Shown one piece after another: positions 18,163 to 24,654 of a stretch of 32,000 nucleotides of DNA (its first letter is position 1; every line of letters begins with the position of its first letter). A model generated the notes under the pieces. That model worked only from the letters and a program-made list of their open reading frames with translations. It made no database searches and was not told where the DNA came from. The stretch is from Pyrobaculum aerophilum str. IM2 (GTDB taxonomy: Archaea; Thermoproteota; Thermoprotei; Thermoproteales; Thermoproteaceae): contig NC_003364.1 of the NCBI RefSeq assembly GCF_000007225.1, positions 2,010,001 to 2,042,000 on the forward strand. The letters run 5' to 3'. The position numbers were made by a program, and so were the translations under genes.

Positions 18163-18432
18163 GTGAATCTGCTCCACTTTATCGGGTCATTTCATGTAGA
18201 AATTGCAAAAAGGCTAGACGCCGTGGAAAGCGCAGGCGAGACAAACGGCTATATGGAATGGGTAAACGGCCGGGTGAAAAACGTCGAGTTGTATTTCCTG
18301 TGGTTTCCTAAAGCCAGGCGGTTAGTCTATATTATAAAAGGCCCAGGCGTGAGAAAAGAAGGCGAGGTGGAGACTAAAGGCCTGCTAGACGCCATCGCCT
18401 ATGCCGAGAGATTAATTCAACAGATCCCGTAA
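18163..18432 (+). CDS. Hypothetical small protein (89 aa)
   Basis: The ORF has protein-like composition and a GTG start, and I recognise no motifs. An alternative start is possible at internal MEWVNG. Confidence 0.4.
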   Translation: MNLLHFIGSFHVEIAKRLDAVESAGETNGYMEWVNGRVKNVELYFLWFPKARRLVYIIKGPGVRKEGEVETKGLLDAIAYAERLIQQIP

Positions 18433-18568
18433 ATCACGGGGAGAACTCCTTATTAGGGGCGAGCCGCATTGAGGTGAACAATATAGCAGAATGAGGGCAA
18501 TGTGAACGCGATACACTAAATACGGTTATTAAGAAAACCGCCTTCTTTAAAAAGGCAGTAGATAGAAA

Positions 18569-18579
18569 GACTTAAAAAC
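18569..18579 (+). promoter_or_regulatory. BRE/TATA-like box gacttaaaaac for tRNA-Cys
   Basis: The box is centred about 27 nt upstream of tRNA position 1. Confidence 0.55.
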
Positions 18580-18628
18580 ACGACGGTAAATATAAAGCGA
18601 AGCCCCGGTAGCTCAGTCCGGCAGAGCG
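18570..18628 (+). repeat. Promoter plus 5' tRNA segment, copy 1 (near-identical to 28983-29041)
   Basis: The blocks acttaaaaacacgacgg, aaatata, gcga and gccccggtagctcag are shared with only a few substitutions and one 1-nt indel. Confidence 0.8.
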
Positions 18629-18700
18629 GCGGGCTGCAGACCCGTAGGTCCCGGGTTCAAAGGCGGCTTTGCCGCCGAATCGATCCCGGCCGGGGCTCCA
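18602..18700 (+). tRNA. tRNA-Cys (anticodon GCA) with a roughly 22-nt non-canonical intron in the T-loop; encoded CCA
   Basis: Hand-folded. The acceptor pairs GCCCCGG/CCGGGGC, and the D arm is GCUC-AGUCCGGCA-GAGC. The anticodon arm is GCGGG-CUGCAGA-CCCGU. The T stem CCGGG/CCCGG is interrupted: UUCAA [aggcggctttgccgccgaatcg, about 18661-18682] AU. The discriminator is U73, as expected for Cys. Confidence 0.85.
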
Positions 18701-18819
18701 CTCAATTATCCTTCAACTCTGTTTTAAGACTTAATCGCGCCTTGGAAAATCCGCAGTTTTCACAAGTGCAGCCCTCGGAATAATAATAGGCCGTACTGTG
18801 ATTGTGTTTTAGGCGTTAC

Positions 18820-19158
18820 CTATGAGGCAAAACTTGCCATTAGGTCTAGTTTTTCTCTATCTTCTGGGCTTAAGTTATTGGGATCTACTGAGGATAGTAT
18901 TACTTCTGCCGCGGCCTTGGGATTTGTGAAGTAATAAATGAATAGGCCTATTTTCACGCTTTTTAATCTTCCTTCTCTTTCAAGCACATATACGTGCCAC
19001 TGCACCGCTCCCCAGCTTTTTCTCGTCGTCTTTACTATTTGGGAAAGAGTGGCGGCCCCCATTTGTTCTACTACCTTTAAAATCTCGCGTCTTATGGGGT
19101 CGTCTGCTGTGGCCTTTTTTATTCTCGCGATTATTGGCACAATAGGCGCTGCTAACAA
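18820..19158 (-). CDS. Winged-helix (ArsR/MarR-like) DNA-binding protein
   Basis: DDPIRREILKVVEQMGAATLSQIVKTTRKSWGAVQWHVYVLEREGRLKSV follows the classic wHTH pattern. The only available start is TTG. Confidence 0.7.
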   Translation of the reverse strand: MLAAPIVPIIARIKKATADDPIRREILKVVEQMGAATLSQIVKTTRKSWGAVQWHVYVLEREGRLKSVKIGLFIYYFTNPKAAAEVILSSVDPNNLSPEDREKLDLMASFAS

Positions 19159-19214
19159 CTCCCTCCTGTTGCTGAAGATGTGGTTCAGCCCAGCCGCCGC
19201 GGCTATGCCTGTGG

Positions 19215-19490
19215 CTACGGCGATGACAGGCGCCTCGGGGCGGGTATTGGCTTGGGGGGAGTCGGCGGAGGAGGCTCAACGTAAATCCACCCTGCGATTT
19301 TAATTTGCGCCAACGTGGGGTTGCTACACACAATATTGACAGTGGCGGGGCCTTGGAGCGCCAAAGGCTCTGTCGCGTTACATAGCGGTGGTAGAGATGG
19401 TTTTACAATAACTGTGGAGTTAGGCGGCACTGGTACGGTAAATACCCAGAGGGATAAGGGAGTTAGGAGCAATAAAACAGTATAGTTCAC
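19215..19490 (-). CDS. Small secreted/exported protein with a Pro-rich C-terminus
   Basis: The N-terminal signal-like helix is MNYTVLLLLTPLSLWVF and the C-terminus reads EPPPPTPPKPIPAP. The TATA-like box aaaatataaataac lies about 24 nt upstream of the GTG start. Confidence 0.5.
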   Translation of the reverse strand: MNYTVLLLLTPLSLWVFTVPVPPNSTVIVKPSLPPLCNATEPLALQGPATVNIVCSNPTLAQIKIAGWIYVEPPPPTPPKPIPAPRRLSSP

Positions 19491-19528
19491 AACAATAAAG
19501 TGAGGAGAGTTATTTATATTTTGTGGTG

Positions 19529-19873
19529 TTACTTTCTTTGGGTATAGTTTAATAAATAGTAAAATGACGGAGTTATGTATTTCATTTTTGTTAATTGTAA
19601 TATTTTCGGGGGAAGTTGCTCGGCCAGCTGTCTTATTTTCTCTGTTGCTATATACTTCTTCTCTTTTTTAGATAAATCAAGCGAGGTTTCTTCGTACTCC
19701 ACTAGATAGCCCTCCTCTACTAATTGCCTCACGGCCTCCTCAACAGTAGTGATGGGAATGTCCGTTTTAATTCTCATCTCCTCCTTGGCGATTATAACCA
19801 TAGAATATATTGTATGTATATCTGCGTTTGTCAAGACGGAGGCTACAGAGGCGACCAGTTTTTTAATATCCAC
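19529..19873 (-). CDS. Small wHTH-like protein downstream of the ParA-like gene (partition-adaptor position)
   Basis: The 114-aa ORF contains the segment TVEEAVRQLVEEGYLVEYEE, typical of a winged-helix recognition/wing region. The TATA-like box gtatagtataaatag lies about 24 nt upstream of the GTG start. Confidence 0.55.
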   Translation of the reverse strand: MDIKKLVASVASVLTNADIHTIYSMVIIAKEEMRIKTDIPITTVEEAVRQLVEEGYLVEYEETSLDLSKKEKKYIATEKIRQLAEQLPPKILQLTKMKYITPSFYYLLNYTQRK

Positions 19874-19926
19874 GAGTAGTACTTGTTTCCTCTATTTATA
19901 CTATACGGTGTAAATGCCGTGGTGTC

Positions 19927-20595
19927 CTATTCTATCCACCTGGAGCGGGTAACTCTTTTCAACTCTTGTAGCAAATATTCTGCCAGTTTTGTCACCGGCT
20001 TTGTATAAAATTGCCCCCGTCTATTATAATAGTCTAGAGTGGCTGAAAACGGTATTTTCACAACGGCGCCGGGGTATTCTATTCCCCTTTCGTGTTTATT
20101 TAGAGCAATTATTAACTTTCCGTCGAAAAACTTTTTTATAATAGTTATAGGCTTTGTACAATCTTCACATCCCTCTACCACTAAAACTATTAAATCGGCC
20201 TTGTCTAGGCCGAATGTTTCAATGGGCGTTATCCTTGAGAGTTGATACATGTCAAGTACCACTACATCTATTGAATTTTTCACTATGTTCTTCCTGACGG
20301 CATCTGTGAGGTTTTGAAAGATCTCTTCCCAGTTTTCTATTCTCCATACCGAGGCCGGGTCAATTGCTATAGGTATTACAAACAAGTTTTTCACTCTTGC
20401 GTCTCTATAAGCCTCTATAGTTGGGGTAATATTTTCAATGTTTATTAACGGCGCAGGAAAAAACCTAGACGCCCCTCCTCCTAGATCTATAAGTAGTACA
20501 TTAAGTGGGAGAGCCGCCGATACATTGACGGCGAGCGTGGTCTTGCCAGCGCCGCCTTTACAACTCGTGAAGGCAACAGTCCCTGTTCTTATCAT
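19927..20595 (-). CDS. ParA/MinD/SegA-family P-loop ATPase
   Basis: The deviant Walker A motif CKGGAGKTT is present near the N-terminus, along with Walker B-like VVVLDM. The length is 222 aa. The ATG lies 3 nt after the stop of the frame-corrected upstream gene (tgataaATG). Confidence 0.85.
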   Translation of the reverse strand: MIRTGTVAFTSCKGGAGKTTLAVNVSAALPLNVLLIDLGGGASRFFPAPLINIENITPTIEAYRDARVKNLFVIPIAIDPASVWRIENWEEIFQNLTDAVRKNIVKNSIDVVVLDMYQLSRITPIETFGLDKADLIVLVVEGCEDCTKPITIIKKFFDGKLIIALNKHERGIEYPGAVVKIPFSATLDYYNRRGQFYTKPVTKLAEYLLQELKRVTRSRWIE

Positions 20596-20598
20596 TTA

Positions 20599-21031
20599 TC
20601 ACGGCTGTGCAGCTGGGCGACACTTCTCTGCAAATATAGCCACTAATGAGGCCAGTTTGCTGTTAAAACGCTCGGCGAGTTTTACTAAATCCTCGGGGGA
20701 CATGGACTTGCTCAGGGCCTCTATATGCGGCTCTTCTAATAAGTCTATGGTTTTTAAAAATGACGTCGATCATCCTGTCATTTATTACAAGCGGCGTGGC
20801 CTTGGGGGCGATTAAAAACCTGACAAACGTCCTCTCCTCTGGAGGCAGTTTCGCGATAGTTGATGCCACATAGCGCATAAACTGGCCTACGTCTGTTGCC
20901 TCTTTTGCGACAACTGCAGTTATTTCTTGTAGCGAAGCCCCCTCTGCTGTTCTTGCCTCTTGAACGGCTTCCGCGACTTCTCTTTTAGGTTCCTCTTTTT
21001 TCTCGCCCACGATAGTCCTGAACTTTTCCAT
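20599..21031 (-). pseudogene. Hypothetical protein with an apparent +1 frameshift at a T5A5 run
   Basis: The track ORF (20663-21031) ends ...IDVIFKNHRLIRRAAYRGPEQVHVPRGFSKTRRAF*. The +1 frame from the tttttaaaaa run (20751-20760) reads FLKTIDLLEEPHIEALSKSMSPEDLVKLAERFNSKLASLVAIFAEKCRPAAQP*. That reading is much more protein-like and ends right at the ParA start. Confidence 0.5.
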
Positions 21032-21070
21032 GTGGCTAAGTGTAACTTAATTTTTTAAGTATTGTGTAGT

Positions 21071-21532
21071 TTATGCGGTAATAAGGAATAACGGCGATAA
21101 GTCGGAATATAGCCGTTTATAGAAATTTACTAGCCTCATTGCCGTGTCCCATAAATCATTTAATTCTTTTACAGAGTCAAACAACTCGTCTAACGTGAGG
21201 TGAGCGGCGCGGCCCTCCTTTACGTCTTCTAACCTGGCCCGTAGCTTTTCAATGACAATTTCCGACTCTCGTAGGAGAGTCTCCAGCCTCTCTCTTATTT
21301 CCCTTAAGCCCAGTTCTTCCATCTCGGGAACTCTTGTCGAGAGCCTTTCGACTACTTCAGCCAGCCTTCTGCCCTCGCCCTTGAGATATCCCTCTGCTGA
21401 GTCTACAACTTTTGTTAATGTCTCATAGACAGATGCGTTGAACTGTTGCATTGTGGAAATGTGTTGCTCGGAGTTTTTCAACAGCTCATTGATAAAAACG
21501 GCGTCTCCATATTTCCTCACATATCTCTCCAC
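21071..21532 (-). CDS. Hypothetical alpha-helical/coiled-coil protein (153 aa)
   Basis: The sequence is rich in E/R/L heptad-like stretches (LREIRERLETLLRESEIVIEKLRARLEDVKEG). GTG start, with ctataaaaac upstream. Confidence 0.6.
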   Translation of the reverse strand: MERYVRKYGDAVFINELLKNSEQHISTMQQFNASVYETLTKVVDSAEGYLKGEGRRLAEVVERLSTRVPEMEELGLREIRERLETLLRESEIVIEKLRARLEDVKEGRAAHLTLDELFDSVKELNDLWDTAMRLVNFYKRLYSDLSPLFLITA

Positions 21533-21560
21533 GTGGTTTAATTACAATTTGTTTTTATAG

Positions 21561-23318
21561 TTAGAGGCATGCTTTGTGCGGACTATATTTCTGGATTACA
21601 TCAGAATAGCCGGCGCCGGCAAGGGCTATCTCCAGTTGCCTCAAAGCCAGGCACGGGGTTTTTCTAGCTAGCTTTGTGGCGGAGGCAACTCCGACTTCTA
21701 CTACGATATTAGCACATCTCGCGCCGCATTTTTCATATATCAGCGAGGCATCTCCCACAGCCTCTATGTACTTGTCTAATAAAGCGCCGTAGTCCTCGCC
21801 CAATTCAACGGCAGTTACCAACGCCTGGGCTAATAACTCCCCCGGGACTATATAGGAGTTTTGCACAGTTGCCAACGCCAGTTTTTTTGTAATGGGGCTG
21901 CCCAACCGCAAGGCGGCATCTATATAGTCTTTAAATACCCTTAAATCAGTCCTTCCCCCTTCCGATGCCTCATACAAATAGTTCAAGACCTCTATCCACC
22001 CCCTTTCCCCGACTTCCTCAGCCCGAAATCCGGCGTAGTATTCAAGGCCGCTTTTGAGCGATGGAGGTAGCTCCACGCTGAGTCTCTCCGGAGTTAATAT
22101 CGCTTTAATAATTACATCGGGCAAGGCGCCGTGCACGCACAAGGGCTTAATTTTCCCCAAACAGGGGTTTCCGCCTCTGGCAATGGCGGCTAGGGCCTTA
22201 GCTAAATCGTTGTTGGCCTCATGCGCAATTACATATGCCTTTACTAAATTTCTGAGGCTCACCTCGCTAGGTTTATATCCGCATTGGACGGCGACTTCCT
22301 CCGACGCCTTTGTTAAGGCCTCGTTGTAAAGAGGTCCTAGCTCTCTAGACAACGCCCGTAAATGCCAATGGGGTTTCATTAATTTTTTTAGATCCTCCGC
22401 AGTTTGCAGTGCAAGTATCTTTACGTATTCCTTGTGGGGATCTGGTAACTTATTAATAAGAGATATAAGTTTTTCTAATGTTCTTACTTTAACTTCAACA
22501 GTTTCATAATAAATCGCCAGGCTTGCCAAAGGGGGCGGGAGCCCTCTGCTGTGTAGCGTTTGGATAAAAGCCTTTGCCTTACTGCAACTAGGGGCGTATA
22601 CGGCCTTGGCCAATGCTGTTAGCTTCTCCACGTAAGCCATCTTAGCCTTCTCAACTAAGTTTGCAGGGTGCTCATCGCAGAACTCAAGAGATTTGGCTGC
22701 GCTATATGCGATGTAGTACATTCCCTCACCTAGTTGTGAAATGCGGGACGAGATCTCTTTAACGTAGTCCTCGCCGCAGTAGACGTCACTGTTTTTCGCA
22801 AAAATCTCGCCGGCTATTGACTCCTCTGCCGTTACTACTATATTATCGTAAAGCCGCAACTCCTTCTTACACCTCTCCGCCAAGTCAAAGGGCAAGACGA
22901 TAACTACTGGATAACCGTTTTTTCTCACGTATTCAGCTCTTGCTAAAATTCTATTGCAATTATCCCTCCACAGCGTTGCATATTCAGACCAAATCTCGGG
23001 CTCTGCGTAGAATTGCAACGGCACTGCGTCAAAAACGGCAAATGCCCACTTTGCTCTTTTGGCTATTCTTAAATACTCGGCGAAATTAGAAGTATCAGAG
23101 GCCAAGTCTATCACAGCGCCGCCTTTTTCTAATGCGGAATACGCTATTGTTAACGCCAGCACCGACTTCCCAACTCCGTGTAAGCCCTTTAATAAAACAG
23201 ACTCGCCGCTAGAAAGCCTTTTCTCAAGCTCTTTCATTAACGGAATATTAACAATAGCCACCTCCCGCTCTCCTAGCCTCATCTGCAACTCGCCGCCGCG
23301 GCGGCTGAAAAGATGCAC
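21561..23318 (-). CDS. P-loop NTPase with a large all-helical C-terminal domain (STAND / archaeal-ATPase-like architecture)
   Basis: Walker A is LKGLHGVGKSVLALT and Walker B-like is WAFAVFDAV. These are followed by about 400 aa of helical, repeat-like sequence. The TATA-like box gttaaatagg lies about 25 nt upstream of GTG 23318. Confidence 0.7.
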   Translation of the reverse strand: MHLFSRRGGELQMRLGEREVAIVNIPLMKELEKRLSSGESVLLKGLHGVGKSVLALTIAYSALEKGGAVIDLASDTSNFAEYLRIAKRAKWAFAVFDAVPLQFYAEPEIWSEYATLWRDNCNRILARAEYVRKNGYPVVIVLPFDLAERCKKELRLYDNIVVTAEESIAGEIFAKNSDVYCGEDYVKEISSRISQLGEGMYYIAYSAAKSLEFCDEHPANLVEKAKMAYVEKLTALAKAVYAPSCSKAKAFIQTLHSRGLPPPLASLAIYYETVEVKVRTLEKLISLINKLPDPHKEYVKILALQTAEDLKKLMKPHWHLRALSRELGPLYNEALTKASEEVAVQCGYKPSEVSLRNLVKAYVIAHEANNDLAKALAAIARGGNPCLGKIKPLCVHGALPDVIIKAILTPERLSVELPPSLKSGLEYYAGFRAEEVGERGWIEVLNYLYEASEGGRTDLRVFKDYIDAALRLGSPITKKLALATVQNSYIVPGELLAQALVTAVELGEDYGALLDKYIEAVGDASLIYEKCGARCANIVVEVGVASATKLARKTPCLALRQLEIALAGAGYSDVIQKYSPHKACL

Positions 23319-23392
23319 AAGTTATTATGACGTGGCCTATTTAACTACGGGATTTTAAATCATATATTAAAAAACAAGACCGATAAATTGTT
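23319..23392. promoter_or_regulatory. 74-nt divergent promoter region
   Basis: The A/T boxes ctatttaac (minus-strand gene) and atatattaaaaaac (plus-strand gene) each lie about 25 nt from their respective GTG starts. Confidence 0.5.
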
Positions 23393-24172
23393 GTGTCCAC
23401 CGCATTAGACGCTGGAATTGCCGGTAGCCGTTTTATCCGCTTGTTACTTAAACAGGGAGAGGTGAAGTCAGACGACACGCTGGGGAGGCTTTTCCACTTA
23501 CTTGCGGAGATGGGATATTTCGTAAAGAGGGGCGATAGGTATAAAAGGACAAGTAAAATACCGCCCTCTATATCAAGCAAGCTTTTAGGCTCTGTTTTTG
23601 ACGACATCATTATCCCCTATTTAATAGGAGAGGCCATTAAGCCTAATTTTGAGGCAGTATTTGCGGCAACGGCGTTATTCCAGCCTTACAGAATACGGGC
23701 GGCGAGTAAATTCGGAAGGGGGGCCCTGGCTCTTGTAGCTGGCTGGTTGCCGTGTGGGTTCTCCACTGAGATATCCGCCGCCACTGGGGCCGACTTGGTA
23801 ATACAAGACGAGCATTGGGAAGTTTTGGCGCTTGAGGAGGAGAGGATATCAATCCTCCCAGTTGAGCTAGAGCGCGTTGGAGAGGCCATGGCCGCCTCCG
23901 TATTTGTCAGCTTTGAGGCAGGCCGCCTCGACGAATTGCCAGCGGATAAATATGGCAAGTTTTCCTTCGCTGTAATTTGCCACAGAGCTGTTGACGTCAA
24001 AAAGGCGCGTGAATTAGCCGACAGAGTGTATAGAGTCAACTTCTCAGGGGCGTTGGGAATATTTGCAGATCTCTTGTCAGAGGCAATGGGGCTGGGTAGG
24101 GGCGAGGAGTGCGGGCGGGGCGGCAGGGTCTTGTACAAAGACTCGGAGATCTGCCTCACTGATGTTTCGTAA
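23393..24172 (+). CDS. Hypothetical protein with an N-terminal wHTH-like region and an uncharacterised C-terminal domain
   Basis: The N-terminal segment is wHTH-like: LGRLFHLLAEMGYFVKRGDRYKRT. The remaining roughly 190 aa contain no motif I recognise. The stop overlaps the GTPase start by 11 nt. Confidence 0.6.
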   Translation: MSTALDAGIAGSRFIRLLLKQGEVKSDDTLGRLFHLLAEMGYFVKRGDRYKRTSKIPPSISSKLLGSVFDDIIIPYLIGEAIKPNFEAVFAATALFQPYRIRAASKFGRGALALVAGWLPCGFSTEISAATGADLVIQDEHWEVLALEEERISILPVELERVGEAMAASVFVSFEAGRLDELPADKYGKFSFAVICHRAVDVKKARELADRVYRVNFSGALGIFADLLSEAMGLGRGEECGRGGRVLYKDSEICLTDVS

Positions 24173-24644
24173 GCGCGAGTTGAAGACTATTGTATTCTTG
24201 GGAGTTGGCGGCGTTGGAAAAACGACGTATATCTACAGATTACTGGGGCTGGCCAGAGCTCCTAGAGTCACGAGAAAGCCTGGCGTGTATGAACTGCAGT
24301 ATAGGGGCGTTGAATTGTATATAGTGGATACGCCTGGTCAATATGCGGTTGAAGTCGCCAGGAGATATTATGAGGCAATTAAGACGTTTGGCACTAAGCT
24401 GGATTTAATAGTCTACATGTACAGCGCAGCGGACCCCTTCACTCTCTACTCGTTATTTGACATAGAGCAGTGGGTCTCCAGGTATCCTCCTCATAATAAA
24501 ATACTCATTGGGAACAAGCGGGATTTAGCCGAAGAGCTCGGGTATCTGGTCGAGGGAGACGACGTGGCAATTGCGCTAGGCGCTAAAAGGCTTTACTACA
24601 CCTCGGCTTTAAAAACGACCCGGCTGAGCTTTTACAACACTTAG
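24162..24644 (+). CDS. Ras-superfamily small GTPase
   Basis: All five G motifs are present in order: G1 GVGGVGKT, G2 Thr in VTRKPG, G3 DTPGQ, G4 NKRD and G5 TSALK. The start is set at ATG 24162 (MFRKRELKTIVFLG), because the track's 5' extension reads as low-complexity sequence. Confidence 0.8.
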   Translation: MFRKRELKTIVFLGVGGVGKTTYIYRLLGLARAPRVTRKPGVYELQYRGVELYIVDTPGQYAVEVARRYYEAIKTFGTKLDLIVYMYSAADPFTLYSLFDIEQWVSRYPPHNKILIGNKRDLAEELGYLVEGDDVAIALGAKRLYYTSALKTTRLSFYNT

Positions 24645-24654
24645 TGCAAAATCT

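Noticed and set aside
17980-18177. 65-aa minus-strand ORF and an overlapping 46-aa plus-strand ORF (18005-18145) after ppdK
   Set aside because: The two are mutually exclusive, lie in A/T-rich spacer and have no motifs. The plus-strand ORF has a plausible upstream A/T box, but the evidence is too thin for either.
18980-19333. 117-aa minus-strand and 121-aa plus-strand ORFs overlapping the wHTH and secreted-protein genes
   Set aside because: They are Arg/His/Gly-rich shadow frames, and the wHTH and signal-peptide frames are far more protein-like.
24063-24161. 5' extension of the GTPase ORF given in the track (MQISCQRQWGWVGARSAGG...)
   Set aside because: The extension is low-complexity and lies inside the upstream gene in another frame. 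The G1 motif follows closely after internal ATG 24162, which gives a normal small-GTPase N-terminus.
18701-24654. Integrase gene or att direct repeats delimiting the island
   Set aside because: No ORF shows tyrosine-recombinase motifs. The only similarity to the tRNA-Cys 3' end near 24.62 kb (gacccggc) is too short to be meaningful.
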